Assembly: GCA_902604175.1 (NCBI GenBank)
Contig: CACKXR010000002.1
Coordinates: forward strand, 5,750 to 69,749
DNA length: 64,000 nucleotides
Direction of reading: 5' to 3'
Source of the DNA: an uncultured Pelagibacteraceae bacterium
Lineage (GTDB): Bacteria; Pseudomonadota; Alphaproteobacteria; Pelagibacterales; Pelagibacteraceae
Shown: positions 39,567 through 50,113 of the stretch, one piece after another
Layout of the letters: each line of letters opens with the position of its first letter
Position numbering within the stretch: the first letter of the stretch is position 1
The notes under the pieces: model-generated
Told to the model about the DNA's origin: nothing
The model's input: only the letters and a program-made list of their open reading frames with translations
Databases searched by the model: none
Made by a program: the position numbers and the translations under genes

Positions 39567-42183
39567 ATTTAAAGTAATAATTTTTTTTATTTTTATTTTT
39601 TATACAAATACAGTTTTGGGACAAGAACAATTCAATTTTGATGTTACTGAAATTGAAATTAAAGAAAATGGAAATAAATTTTTCGGTTTAAAAAGAGGTA
39701 TAATCACTTCAGATGATGGAATTGAGATTGAGGCTGATACCTTTATCTATGATAAAATACTTAATATTCTTAATGCTAAGGGTAATGTTAAAATTATAGA
39801 TGAGTTAAATGATTACATAATTTTTTCTAATAAAATTACTTATTTCAAAAATGATGAAAAAATATTAACTAAGGGAAATTCTAAAGCTATTTACGAAAAT
39901 AAAGTAATAACAGCAGACGAATTTCAGTTTTTTAAAAAAATAAATATCTTAATTGCAAAAAAAAAAGTTAAGGTAGATGATTCTAAAGAAGATATTAATA
40001 TTTTTGCAGAAGAATTAACATACGATAAAAATAAAGAAGTTATTTTTAGCAAAGGTTACACAGAGGCTAAAATACAGGATAGATATAATTTTTATTCAAA
40101 TAATGTTTTTTATAATAAAAATACACTTGAGCTTTCATCTAAAAATAAAACTCAAATTTTAGATGATAAATTTAACATCTACGAATTAGATAAATTTAAT
40201 TACTCTAAAGAAAAATTTTTACTAAAAGGTAAAAATGTTAAGATTAAAACTAATTTTACATCTAATAATAACTCAGATGAATATTTCTTCGAAAGTGGTT
40301 TTTTCAATTTAAAAAATCAAAATTTTGATGCTGGAAAAACAACAATAAATATGCAGAAAAGCATATTTGGAAATATAGAAAATGATCCTAGACTTATTGG
40401 GGTTAAGTCTTCGAGAAAAGATGAAATTACTCAAATTAGCAAAGGAATATTTACTAGTTGTAAAAAAAAAGATGGTTGCCCTCCATGGAGTGTTCAAGCA
40501 GAAAAAATTATTCATGATAAAATTAAAAAACAATTAGTTTATAATCATGCGTTATTAAAAATATATGATATCCCAGTGGTATATTTTCCCAAATTTTTTC
40601 ATCCAGACCCAACAGTTAAAAGACAATCTGGCTTGTTAAAACCTGTTTTAAATGAGTCTAATGTGCTTGGTTCTTCTTTGCAATTACCATATTTTAAAGT
40701 ACTAGCTCCAAACAAAGATATAACCTTTAGACCAAACATATTTGATACAAATATTTTTATGCTACAAAATGAATACAGAGAGAAAAATCAAAATTCTACT
40801 TTGTTAGCTGATTTTGCATTTACAAATGGATACAAATCAAAACTATCAAATAAAAAAAAAAGTATCGCTCATCTATTTACAAAATATAAATTGGATCTAA
40901 GTCTTGATAATTTTGAAACCAGTCAAATAGATTTTGATTTAGAATTAGTTACAAATGACACTTATCTTAAAGTCTTTGAAAGTAATTTATCAGAAACAAT
41001 AATTAGACCAAATCCAAATCAACTTACATCCTCATTAAATTTATTAATGTATCGTGAAAATTTTAATTTCTCAGCTGGGATAACAAGTTATGAAACATTA
41101 AGTGGTAAAGATAGTGATAGATACCAATTTATTTTACCTTACTATGATTTTTCAAAAACTCTTTTTAAAGAACAAAATTTAGCGAATGTGAATTTTGACT
41201 CTTCTGGTAGTAATGATCTAAAAAATACTAATAATTTAAGATCTAGAATAGTTAATAATTTAAGTATTCAAAGTAAAGATTATATTCTTAACATGGGACT
41301 TAAGAATTCTCTTGGAGCTTATTTTAAAAATTTAAATACGGTTGCAAAAAACGATGCTATTTATAAATCAAGTCCTCAACTTGAGTTGATGAGTATATTT
41401 GAGGCAAACTCCAGTTTACCATTAATTAAATATAATGAGAGATTTAATGAATATATAGAGCCAAAAATCTCATTAAGATTTAATCCTGGTGAAATGAAAG
41501 ATTACTCAAATACAAATAGAAAAATCAATAACTCAAATATATTTGAGATAAATAGACTTGGAATAACAGATTCCTATGAGGAAGGTAGATCTTTAACTTT
41601 AGGTTTTGAATATAAAAAAGAAAAAATTGACGATATTAATAAATATTTTGAATTTAAATTAGCTTCGGTATTCAGAGATAAAATAGAGCAAAGAATTCCT
41701 TCCTCTAGTTCAATTAAACAAAATGGAAACCTGATTGGTTCATTTCAAAACAATTTCAATAAAAATTTAAATTTTTCATACAATTTTGCGATTGATAATG
41801 ATTTAAAGACATTTGAATATAATTCAATTGATGCAAGTTTTAATTTTGATAAATTTTTAACTAGTTTTTCATTTATTGAGGAAAATGGTAAAATTGGTGA
41901 TGCAAATTCTTTAGAAAACTCGGTAAGTTACAGATTTGATGAAAATAACTTTTTATCTTTTAATACTCGTAGAAATAGAAAAATAGATTTAACTGAATTT
42001 TATGATTTAGTTTACGAGTATCAGAATGATTGCTTAATTGCAGGTTTAAAATATAAAAAAACTTATTATCAAGATAGGGATTTATTACCAACAGAAGATT
42101 TTATGTTCACAATTACAATTTTTCCCCTAACTACATATGAAAAAAGGTTTGATAGAAGTGAACTTGAGAGTGGTTTCAACTAA
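39556..42183 (+). CDS. lptD: LPS assembly protein LptD (OstA)
   Basis: FTSC....CPPW, IPVVYFP, DPTVKRQSGLL.P, YEYQNDC; lptFG-lptD-surA-pdxA-rsmA gene order. Confidence 0.9.
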   Translation: MINKFKVIIFFIFIFYTNTVLGQEQFNFDVTEIEIKENGNKFFGLKRGIITSDDGIEIEADTFIYDKILNILNAKGNVKIIDELNDYIIFSNKITYFKNDEKILTKGNSKAIYENKVITADEFQFFKKINILIAKKKVKVDDSKEDINIFAEELTYDKNKEVIFSKGYTEAKIQDRYNFYSNNVFYNKNTLELSSKNKTQILDDKFNIYELDKFNYSKEKFLLKGKNVKIKTNFTSNNNSDEYFFESGFFNLKNQNFDAGKTTINMQKSIFGNIENDPRLIGVKSSRKDEITQISKGIFTSCKKKDGCPPWSVQAEKIIHDKIKKQLVYNHALLKIYDIPVVYFPKFFHPDPTVKRQSGLLKPVLNESNVLGSSLQLPYFKVLAPNKDITFRPNIFDTNIFMLQNEYREKNQNSTLLADFAFTNGYKSKLSNKKKSIAHLFTKYKLDLSLDNFETSQIDFDLELVTNDTYLKVFESNLSETIIRPNPNQLTSSLNLLMYRENFNFSAGITSYETLSGKDSDRYQFILPYYDFSKTLFKEQNLANVNFDSSGSNDLKNTNNLRSRIVNNLSIQSKDYILNMGLKNSLGAYFKNLNTVAKNDAIYKSSPQLELMSIFEANSSLPLIKYNERFNEYIEPKISLRFNPGEMKDYSNTNRKINNSNIFEINRLGITDSYEEGRSLTLGFEYKKEKIDDINKYFEFKLASVFRDKIEQRIPSSSSIKQNGNLIGSFQNNFNKNLNFSYNFAIDNDLKTFEYNSIDASFNFDKFLTSFSFIEENGKIGDANSLENSVSYRFDENNFLSFNTRRNRKIDLTEFYDLVYEYQNDCLIAGLKYKKTYYQDRDLLPTEDFMFTITIFPLTTYEKRFDRSELESGFN
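39727..40086 (+). repeat. degenerate tandem duplication (2 x 60 aa) in the LptD periplasmic domain
   Basis: IEADTFIYDKILNILNAKGNVKI...ITYFKNDEKILTKG is repeated as ITADEFQFFKKINILIAKKKVKV...LTYDKNKEVIFSKG, with a 180-nt period. Confidence 0.8.
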
Positions 42184-42191
42184 ATATTACC

Positions 42192-43121
42192 ATGAAATTT
42201 AAAAAATACTTATTTTCTGTAATTTTATTATGTTGCTTAGATCTAAAAACCTACGCCATAGAAAATAAAATACTATTTAAAATTGATAGAGAAATAATCA
42301 CAAGTATTCAAGTATACAAGTATTCAAGATATTTGGCCACACTTGATGAAAATATCAAAAACTTAAACAACGAAGAAATATTTGAATTAACAAAAAATTT
42401 AATAGTTAAAGAAAAAATTAAAAAAATTAAACTTAAAAAAGAGGGAATAATATTAGATTTAGATGACAAAATTTTAGATAATTATATTAAATCTATTTTT
42501 TCCATAAGAGGAATAAGTAATTTTGAGCAATATGAAAAATTTTTAGAAAATTTAGAGATGGATGTTAATGATATGAAAGAAAAATTAATAGTTAATTTAC
42601 TCTGGAATAATTTAATATTTAAAAAATTTTCACCTAATATAAAAATAAACAAAGATAACTTAAAAAAACAAATTAAGAATCAAAATAATACTAATTCAAT
42701 ATCATATTTATTATCAGAAATATTTTTTGAGGCGTCAAATGTTTCGGAAGTAAAAAAAAAAAGCAAAGAAATAAATGCTTATATAGAGAAAGAAAATTTT
42801 AAAAAAGCAGCTCTAATTTATAGTAAGTCAGACTCAGCAAGAGATGGAGGGAGTATTGGTTGGATAAGTACTAATACTTTAAACAATAAAATACTTAAAG
42901 CTATTACAAAATTAACAATAAATGATATTACAGATCCAATTTCTGTACCAGGTGGTTTTTTAATTCTTAAATTAGACGACAAAAAGTTAATAAAAAATGA
43001 TTTTAATTTAGAGAAAGAACTTGAGAAAGTTATAAAAATTAAAACCAATCAACAACTAATACAATTTTCAAACATATATTTTAATAAAGTAAAAAAAGAA
43101 ATTTTAGTCAATGAATTTTAA
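42192..43121 (+). CDS. surA: SurA-like peptidyl-prolyl isomerase/chaperone
   Basis: Signal peptide; parvulin motifs YLLSEI, AALIYS.S.SARDGGSIGWI and GGFLILKL; synteny. Confidence 0.85.
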   Translation: MKFKKYLFSVILLCCLDLKTYAIENKILFKIDREIITSIQVYKYSRYLATLDENIKNLNNEEIFELTKNLIVKEKIKKIKLKKEGIILDLDDKILDNYIKSIFSIRGISNFEQYEKFLENLEMDVNDMKEKLIVNLLWNNLIFKKFSPNIKINKDNLKKQIKNQNNTNSISYLLSEIFFEASNVSEVKKKSKEINAYIEKENFKKAALIYSKSDSARDGGSIGWISTNTLNNKILKAITKLTINDITDPISVPGGFLILKLDDKKLIKNDFNLEKELEKVIKIKTNQQLIQFSNIYFNKVKKEILVNEF

Positions 43122-44076
43122 AAAATCTATCCTTATAATAACAGGAGAGCCTAACAGTGTATTTTTAGAAATTTTTTTCAAATCAATAAAAAAAATTAAA
43201 TTTAAAAATCCTTTAATTTTAATTGGATCTCATAAATTAGTTCAGCTACAGATGAAAAAACTAAATTTTAAAAAAAAAATCAAAATATTAGATAAAAAAA
43301 AATTTAAAAATTACAAACTTGATAATTCAAGCATTAATCTAATAGATGTGAAATATAAAACGAATAAAGCTTTTGAAAGAATTTCGTCAAAATCAAATAT
43401 TTATATAAAAAAGTGTTTTGATGTTGCATTTGAAATAATTAGAAAAAATAGTGTTAAAAAACTTATAAATGGGCCAATTAGTAAAAAAACTTTTTTAAAT
43501 AGAAAATTTTTAGGTATTACTGAATATATTTCAAAAGAATTTAATTTGGATAATACTGCAATGTTAATTTTTAATAAAAAATTATCTGTTTGCCCAATTA
43601 CAACTCATTTACCAATTAAACTTGTTCCAAACAAAATTAAAAAAAAAAATATTTTTAATAAAGTTATTTTAATAAATGATTTTTATTTAAATAAATTTGG
43701 ATTTAAACCAAAAATAGCGATTTTGGGACTAAATCCACACTGTGAGAGCGTTTTAAAAAACAATGAAGATGATAAAATTATTAAACCAGCAATATCATAC
43801 TTAAAAACAAAGTATCATGTTTCAGGTCCATATTCAGCCGACACTATATTTTTAAAAAGTAATCGAAAAAAATTTGATGTAATTGTTGGTATGTACCATG
43901 ATCAGGTTCTAACTCCATTAAAGACTTTATTTGAGTATGATGCAATTAATATAACAGTAGGTTTACCATTTGATAGAGTATCACCAGATCATGGACCCAA
44001 CGAAAAAATGTTAGGTAAAAATTCTTCAAATGCATTAAGTTTGATTAGAGCAATTCAATTTTTAGAAAAACATTGA
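43111..44076 (+). CDS. pdxA: 4-hydroxythreonine-4-phosphate dehydrogenase
   Basis: TGEP, GPISK, TTHLP, GLNPH, GPYSADT, MYHDQ and SPDHG motifs. Confidence 0.92.
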   Translation: MNFKKSILIITGEPNSVFLEIFFKSIKKIKFKNPLILIGSHKLVQLQMKKLNFKKKIKILDKKKFKNYKLDNSSINLIDVKYKTNKAFERISSKSNIYIKKCFDVAFEIIRKNSVKKLINGPISKKTFLNRKFLGITEYISKEFNLDNTAMLIFNKKLSVCPITTHLPIKLVPNKIKKKNIFNKVILINDFYLNKFGFKPKIAILGLNPHCESVLKNNEDDKIIKPAISYLKTKYHVSGPYSADTIFLKSNRKKFDVIVGMYHDQVLTPLKTLFEYDAINITVGLPFDRVSPDHGPNEKMLGKNSSNALSLIRAIQFLEKH

Positions 44077-44858
44077 TAAAAGCCAAAAAAAGTCTAGGTC
44101 AAAATTTTTTAATTGATAAGTATATTCTTGAGAAAATAGTTAATCTCATTGAAATAAATGAAAAAAATATTCTTGAGATAGGCCCAGGTACAGGAAATTT
44201 AACATTATGTATTTTAAAAAAAAAACCAAAAAAAATTATAGTTATTGAAAAAGATAAAAAACTTGCACTAAATCTTGAACAAAAATTTAGCGATAAAATA
44301 ACAGTCATTAATGGTGATGTTCTAGAAATTGACGAGACTTCATTGTTTAAAGAAAAATTTATAGTTTTTGGAAATCTTCCCTATAACATTTCTACTGAAA
44401 TATTGAGTAAATGGATTGTAAATTTAAAAGATAACTTTTGGTTCGATCATCTTGTTTTAATGTTTCAAAAAGAAGTAGCAGACAGAATTATCTCTAAATT
44501 TGATACATCAACATATGGAAGACTCTCAATATTAGCAAATTGGAAACTAAAAATTGATAAAATTTGTGATATAAAACCTGAATCTTTCTTCCCAAAACCA
44601 AAAGTTGATAGTTCTTTATTGTTATTCTCTCCAAAAAATAAAATATTTAAGATTAAAGATCCTAAGAATTTAGAAAAAGTTACAAGAGTTTTTTTTAGTC
44701 ACAGAAGAAAAATGTTGAAAAAGCCCTTTAATCAGCTTTTCAATGGTAATCAAAAGATACTAGATAAATTAAATATTAATTTAAATTTAAGACCTCAAAA
44801 TTTAGACTTTGAAACCTACTATCAATTAACGAGTGAGTATGAAAATTTAATTAGTTAA
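44073..44858 (+). CDS. rsmA: 16S rRNA m6,2A dimethyltransferase KsgA
   Basis: [31 protein letters not shown] and FFPKPKVDS motifs. Confidence 0.97.
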   Translation: MIKAKKSLGQNFLIDKYILEKIVNLIEINEKNILEIGPGTGNLTLCILKKKPKKIIVIEKDKKLALNLEQKFSDKITVINGDVLEIDETSLFKEKFIVFGNLPYNISTEILSKWIVNLKDNFWFDHLVLMFQKEVADRIISKFDTSTYGRLSILANWKLKIDKICDIKPESFFPKPKVDSSLLLFSPKNKIFKIKDPKNLEKVTRVFFSHRRKMLKKPFNQLFNGNQKILDKLNINLNLRPQNLDFETYYQLTSEYENLIS

Positions 44859-45479
44859 TTTTTCTATGTGATTTCTAATATATTCAGCATCATAGTCTTT
44901 AGAGCCATTATTTATTTCTGCATAAATTAAATTTTTTATTTTAGAATAACAATTTTCAATATTGTCATTTATAACCACATAGTCATAGTTAATCCAATGT
45001 AAAACATCTCTTCCAAACTGTTTCATTCTTTCTTCTGCAATTAATTTATCTTTCATGTCTCTATTTGAAAGTCTTTCAAATAATATCTCTTTACTCGGTG
45101 GCAAAATAAAGAATGAGATTAATTTATAATCTAAATTTTTATTCTTAATTTGATCTGCGCCTTGCCAGTCAATGTCAAATAACACATTTTTACCCTTATT
45201 CAGTTTATCAATGACTGGTGTTCTTGTAGTTCCATAAAAATTATTAAAAACTTTTGCATATTCTAAAAATTCCTCATTTTTAATAAATCTTCTAAATTCT
45301 TCTTCATTAACAAAAAAATAATCATTGTTTGGTTTCTCATTTGGCCTTGGTTGTCTAGTAGTATGTGATATTGAAATTTCAAAGTTATCCAAATTAGATA
45401 ACATCTTGACCAATGTTGTCTTACCTGCTCCAGAGGGAGAGGATAAAATTATCATTACCCCGTCTTGATGTGAGGGCAT
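44847..45479 (-). CDS. gmk: guanylate kinase
   Basis: [28 protein letters not shown] and DIDWQG motifs. Confidence 0.97.
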   Translation of the reverse strand: MPSHQDGVMIILSSPSGAGKTTLVKMLSNLDNFEISISHTTRQPRPNEKPNNDYFFVNEEEFRRFIKNEEFLEYAKVFNNFYGTTRTPVIDKLNKGKNVLFDIDWQGADQIKNKNLDYKLISFFILPPSKEILFERLSNRDMKDKLIAEERMKQFGRDVLHWINYDYVVINDNIENCYSKIKNLIYAEINNGSKDYDAEYIRNHIEKLTN

Positions 45480-45487
45480 TAATTTTT

Positions 45488-45727
45488 TTAGTTTGCTTTT
45501 CCTTCGATAAACTTAACTGCGTCTCCTACAGTCAAAATTTTCTCAGCTTCGCTATCTGATATTTCAGATCCAAATTCTTCCTCGAAAGCCATTACTAATT
45601 CTACAGTATCCAAACTATCAGCTCCCAAATCATCTATAAAACTAGATTCTTCTGTAACCTTTGCTTCATCAATTCCCAAATGATCAGCCACTATTTTTTT
45701 TACTTTGTTTGAAACTTCTTCTGACAT
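45488..45727 (-). CDS. acpP: acyl carrier protein
   Basis: [14 protein letters not shown] motif. Confidence 0.98.
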   Translation of the reverse strand: MSEEVSNKVKKIVADHLGIDEAKVTEESSFIDDLGADSLDTVELVMAFEEEFGSEISDSEAEKILTVGDAVKFIEGKAN

Positions 45728-45775
45728 ATTGATCCCTTTTGTTATAAATTCTTAATAGTTTAAAAACATATTTTG

Positions 45776-46513
45776 TCAAGCCATATACATCCCTCCATTA
45801 ACGTGTAGTGTTTCTCCATTAATATAGCTTGAATAATCAGAGCACAAAAAAATAACTGCATTTGCAACGTCATCAGGATCTCCAAGACGTGCTGAAGGGA
45901 TTTTTGAAATTATAGCTTCTTTATATTTTTCATCTAATTTATCTGTCATTTTTGTTTTAATAAATCCTGGCGAAATACAATTTATATTTATATTTTTTTT
46001 TGCATATTCTGCTGCTAAACTCTTTGACATTGCTACAATACCAGCTTTTGCTGCAGTATAATTAGCTTGGCCTAAATTTCCTGTGTGTCCAACAACAGAT
46101 GTAATATTAACAATTCTTCCTGATTTATTTTTAAGCATTTTTTTTATTGCTGATTTACTCATTAAAAAAGTTGAAGTTAAATTGATATCAATTACTTTTT
46201 GCCATTCATCTAAACTCATTCTTATTGCCAAATTATCTTGAGTAACTCCTGCATTATTTATAATACAATCTAAACTTCCAGCAAGTTCCTTTGTTGCATT
46301 TTCTATAAATTCCTCAATTTTATCAGTTTTTGAAATATCAAAATTCAATATTTTGATATTTGCAAATTTATTTTTTAACTCTTCAAGTTTTTCAATTCTC
46401 GTTCCTGATGCTAAGATATTTGCTTCAGCTTGATTAAGTTTTTCAATTATCGCATTTCCAATACCCCCTGTAGCACCTGTGACAATAATATTTTTACCTT
46501 TTAAATCTATCAT
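45776..46513 (-). CDS. fabG: 3-oxoacyl-ACP reductase
   Basis: TGATGGIG, NNAG, GQANYTAAK and NGGMYM motifs. Confidence 0.96.
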   Translation of the reverse strand: MIDLKGKNIIVTGATGGIGNAIIEKLNQAEANILASGTRIEKLEELKNKFANIKILNFDISKTDKIEEFIENATKELAGSLDCIINNAGVTQDNLAIRMSLDEWQKVIDINLTSTFLMSKSAIKKMLKNKSGRIVNITSVVGHTGNLGQANYTAAKAGIVAMSKSLAAEYAKKNININCISPGFIKTKMTDKLDEKYKEAIISKIPSARLGDPDDVANAVIFLCSDYSSYINGETLHVNGGMYMA

Positions 46514-47436
46514 ATTTTTATATTTTCAATATCTGTTAGAGCATTTATAGTGTCAATTTTAACATCTCTACTAATTCTTTTAACTAAGCCTGATAAAACT
46601 TTTCCTGGCCCAATTTCTATAAAATGGTTTACATCATTTTCTATCATATTGATAACGCTTTCTCTCCATCTTACCCTATTCTCTATTTGTTTTATCAATA
46701 AAATTTTTAATTCATCTAAACCCTTAATTTCGCGAGCTGTGACATTCGAAATTAATTTATTTTGTCCATTTTTAAAGTCAATTTTTTTTAACTGATCTTC
46801 CATTATTTTAGTAGCGCTGCTCATCAATTCACAGTGAAAAGGTGCGCTAACAGGAAGTTTGATATGTTTTATCGAATTTTTTTTTAAAATTTGAATTAAA
46901 TTTTCTAAGTCTTGTATTTTTCCACTCAAAACCATTTGACCGTCTGAATTATCATTTGCAATTTGTGCATTAAATAATTTTTTATTATCTAACAAAATTT
47001 TTTCAATTACATCGACTTTTGAACCCAATATCGCAACCATACCTCCTTGCCCTTTTGGAACTGAATTTTGCATAGCGTCTCCTCTAACCCTTAATATTTT
47101 TATAGTATCTGAAAAATCTAAATATCCAGCACATGACAAAGCTGAATATTCGCCTAAAGAATGTCCTGCAAAATATTTTGCTTTATTTAAATCTATATTA
47201 AATTCTTTCTTAGCTAAATTGAATAATGAATAGCTAATTAAAAATATTGCTGGTTGAGTGTTAATTGTTAAATCCAACTCTTCTTTTGGACCTTCTAAAA
47301 TTAAATTAGAGATAGAAAAATTTAATATATCATCTGCCTGTTTAAACAAGTTTTTTACCAGTTCATATCTCTCATATAACTCCTTCCCCATTCCTACCGT
47401 CTGAGAACCTTGACCGGGAAATATTACTGAAAACAT
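46510..47436 (-). CDS. fabD: malonyl-CoA:ACP transacylase
   Basis: FPGQGSQ, GHSLGEY, VSAPFH and EIGPGKVL motifs. Confidence 0.97.
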   Translation of the reverse strand: MFSVIFPGQGSQTVGMGKELYERYELVKNLFKQADDILNFSISNLILEGPKEELDLTINTQPAIFLISYSLFNLAKKEFNIDLNKAKYFAGHSLGEYSALSCAGYLDFSDTIKILRVRGDAMQNSVPKGQGGMVAILGSKVDVIEKILLDNKKLFNAQIANDNSDGQMVLSGKIQDLENLIQILKKNSIKHIKLPVSAPFHCELMSSATKIMEDQLKKIDFKNGQNKLISNVTAREIKGLDELKILLIKQIENRVRWRESVINMIENDVNHFIEIGPGKVLSGLVKRISRDVKIDTINALTDIENIKI

Positions 47437-47520
47437 AAAAAAACTAATTATTTTGCCTTTTTAACTATTGTAATTGAACTTTTATAATAGTATATCCTCA
47501 TTTTTTATTAAAGAACTTAA

Positions 47521-47874
47521 ATGAATTTATACGAACATACTATTATAGCTAGGCAAGACACTTCACCCAGTGAATTGAAGCAATTAACAGAAAAATATTC
47601 TAAAATTATTGAAAAAAATGATGGAGAAGTAGTAAAGACTGAAAACTGGGGTCTATTAAACCTATCTTATTTAATTAAAAAAAATAGAAAAGGTAGCTAT
47701 ATTCATTTTAAAATAAAAGGTAACGGAAAAGTTATTGATGAGTTAGAGAAGAATGAGACAATTGACAAAAAATTATTAAGATGTTTAACAATAAAAGTAA
47801 AAAAGTTTGATTTAGAAACCGTCTACTTTGGTAAAAAAGAAGATGCAGAAAAAAAGGAGGCTGTTAAGAGCTAA
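47521..47874 (+). CDS. rpsF: 30S ribosomal protein S6
   Basis: YEHTII, ENWG...LSY.IKK...G.Y pattern. Confidence 0.95.
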   Translation: MNLYEHTIIARQDTSPSELKQLTEKYSKIIEKNDGEVVKTENWGLLNLSYLIKKNRKGSYIHFKIKGNGKVIDELEKNETIDKKLLRCLTIKVKKFDLETVYFGKKEDAEKKEAVKS

Positions 47875-48146
47875 TGCCTAAAAGACAAAGTGGAAATAAA
47901 AAAGGAAAACAAAGCAATTTTGCAAAATTAAGTATTTTTCAACCAAATAAATATAAATTTAAAAAGACCTGCCCTCTTTCTACAAAGGGCGCTCCACAGG
48001 TCGACTATAAAAATATTAAGTTATTAAAAAAATATATATCAGAAAATGGAAAAATTTTACCATCAAGAATAACCAATGTTTCTCAAAAAAAACAAAGACA
48101 ATTATCTTTATCAATTAAGAGAGCTAGAAATTTAGCTTTAATTTAA
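47874..48146 (+). CDS. rpsR: 30S ribosomal protein S18
   Basis: [20 protein letters not shown]....KQR.L...IKRAR.LAL pattern. Confidence 0.96.
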   Translation: MPKRQSGNKKGKQSNFAKLSIFQPNKYKFKKTCPLSTKGAPQVDYKNIKLLKKYISENGKILPSRITNVSQKKQRQLSLSIKRARNLALI

Positions 48147-48605
48147 ATGAAAGTTATTTTATTAGAAAATATCAAAAGAATTGGATCTATCGGTGAGGTT
48201 ATAGATGTTAAAAGGGGATTTGCTAGGAACTATCTTATTGCCAATAAAAAAGCACTTTATGCTTCAGAAGAAAATATAAAAGAAGTTGAAAAGATTAAAA
48301 CTGATTTATCTAAAAAAGATAATGAGAAGAAAAAAGAGGCCACTAAAATAGCAGAGCAAATTAATGGAAAAGAATTTTTAGTAAAAAAGTTAAGTACTGA
48401 AAACAATGAATTATATGGTTCTGTTAAACCAACAGAAATTGCCAAACTAATACATGAGGAAAATAATATTGTAATCAAACCGTCAATGATTCAACCTGTT
48501 GAGGAGATTAAAGCTTTGGGAAAATTCAAGGTAAAAATTTCTTTACACTCAGAAGTTGATGCAAAAATTACTATTAATGTTTCTTCTGCAGAAACAATTC
48601 AATAA
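48147..48605 (+). CDS. rplI: 50S ribosomal protein L9
   Basis: MKVILL...G..GE...VKRGFARNYL and LYGSV motifs. Confidence 0.96.
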   Translation: MKVILLENIKRIGSIGEVIDVKRGFARNYLIANKKALYASEENIKEVEKIKTDLSKKDNEKKKEATKIAEQINGKEFLVKKLSTENNELYGSVKPTEIAKLIHEENNIVIKPSMIQPVEEIKALGKFKVKISLHSEVDAKITINVSSAETIQ

Positions 48606-48674
48606 TTATACATTTTTTTCCCCAGCAATAATTATTAATTCTATAAATAAAGTTTTTTATGTAAATTAATAATT

Positions 48675-50093
48675 ATGGATAATAATCTAAGCCTGGTTAA
48701 AAACCAATTCAAAGAATTACCAAACAACATCGAAGCTGAACAAGCTGTAATTGGATCTATTTTAGTGAGTAATGATATATTTGATGAAATAAATACTATA
48801 ATTTCCAACATCAATTTTTATGATCCTATGCACCAAAAGATTTTTGCAGCAATCGAAAGTCTAATTTACAAAGGAATGCTAGCAAATCCTATTACATTAA
48901 AGAATTATTTTGAGGAGGAAAAAGATGATTTAAATGTTCCTGAGTACTTAGTTAAGATAACTAAATTTTCTACTTCTACAAGACAGGCTATAGAATATTC
49001 TAAAATTATTTACGATATGTTTGTTAGAAGAGAATTAATAAAGATTTCTGAGCAAACTATTGATAGCGCTAAATTAAATGATCTTGATACAAATGGACAA
49101 ACAATTATAGAAAATTCAGAAAGACTATTGTTTGATTTAGCTGAAAAAGGATCTTTTAACTCCTCTTTAATAAAATTTGATGAGGCCATGAAACAAACCA
49201 TTGAAATGGCATCTGCTGCATATAAAAATGAAGAAGGGATTGTTGGTGTGCCAACAGGTCTTAAAGACTTAGACGATAAATTAGGCGGCTTACATCAATC
49301 TGATTTAATTATTATAGCTGGGCGACCATCAATGGGTAAAACTTCTCTTGCTACGAATATTGCATTTAATGCAGCACAAAAATTACAAGATAAAGGAAAA
49401 AAATCTACTGTTGCATTCTTTTCACTTGAAATGTCGTCGGAGCAACTTTCAACTAGAATAATTTCAGAACAAGCAAGAATTAGTTCAAATGATATTAGAA
49501 GAGGAAAAATTTCTGATGATCAGTTTGATAAATTTTTAGAGACTTCAAAAAATATCTCTGAACTTCCACTATATATTGATGAAACACCAGCAATAAGTAT
49601 TGCTGCATTGAGTAATAGAGCTAGACGTATAAAAAGATTGTTTGGTCTCGACATGATTGTAGTTGATTATATTCAATTAATGAGAGGGAATACATTTAAC
49701 AAAGATGGCCGAGTCCAAGAAATATCTCAAATTACACAAGGTTTAAAAGCAATTGCAAAAGAACTTGCTGTACCAGTAGTAGCTCTTTCTCAATTGTCTA
49801 GACAAGTTGAGCAAAGAGACGATCACAAACCTCAACTAGCAGATTTGAGAGAATCAGGTTCGATTGAACAGGATGCTGATGTTGTGATGTTTGTTTACAG
49901 AGAAGGATATTACCTACAAAGAAAAGAGCCAAGAGAGGCCACAGTTGAACATGCCGAATGGCAAGCAAAAATGAATGAAGTAGCCCACCTCGCTCAAATT
50001 ATTATTGGGAAACAGAGGCACGGTCCAATAGGTAACGTAACTCTTGAATTTGAGGAAAGATTTACAAAATTTAAAGATACTCAAACTAATTAA
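48675..50093 (+). CDS. dnaB: replicative DNA helicase
   Basis: EAEQAVIG, AGRPSMGKT, FSLEM, VDYIQL, LSQLSR, DLRESGSIEQDAD and KQRHGP motifs; no intein. Confidence 0.98.
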   Translation: MDNNLSLVKNQFKELPNNIEAEQAVIGSILVSNDIFDEINTIISNINFYDPMHQKIFAAIESLIYKGMLANPITLKNYFEEEKDDLNVPEYLVKITKFSTSTRQAIEYSKIIYDMFVRRELIKISEQTIDSAKLNDLDTNGQTIIENSERLLFDLAEKGSFNSSLIKFDEAMKQTIEMASAAYKNEEGIVGVPTGLKDLDDKLGGLHQSDLIIIAGRPSMGKTSLATNIAFNAAQKLQDKGKKSTVAFFSLEMSSEQLSTRIISEQARISSNDIRRGKISDDQFDKFLETSKNISELPLYIDETPAISIAALSNRARRIKRLFGLDMIVVDYIQLMRGNTFNKDGRVQEISQITQGLKAIAKELAVPVVALSQLSRQVEQRDDHKPQLADLRESGSIEQDADVVMFVYREGYYLQRKEPREATVEHAEWQAKMNEVAHLAQIIIGKQRHGPIGNVTLEFEERFTKFKDTQTN

Positions 50094-50113
50094 TTTCCAA
50101 TATAAAAGAGCTA

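Noticed and set aside
48606-48674. Degenerate DnaA-box-like TTTTCCCCA upstream of dnaB
   Set aside because: A single mismatched copy is not distinguishable from background.
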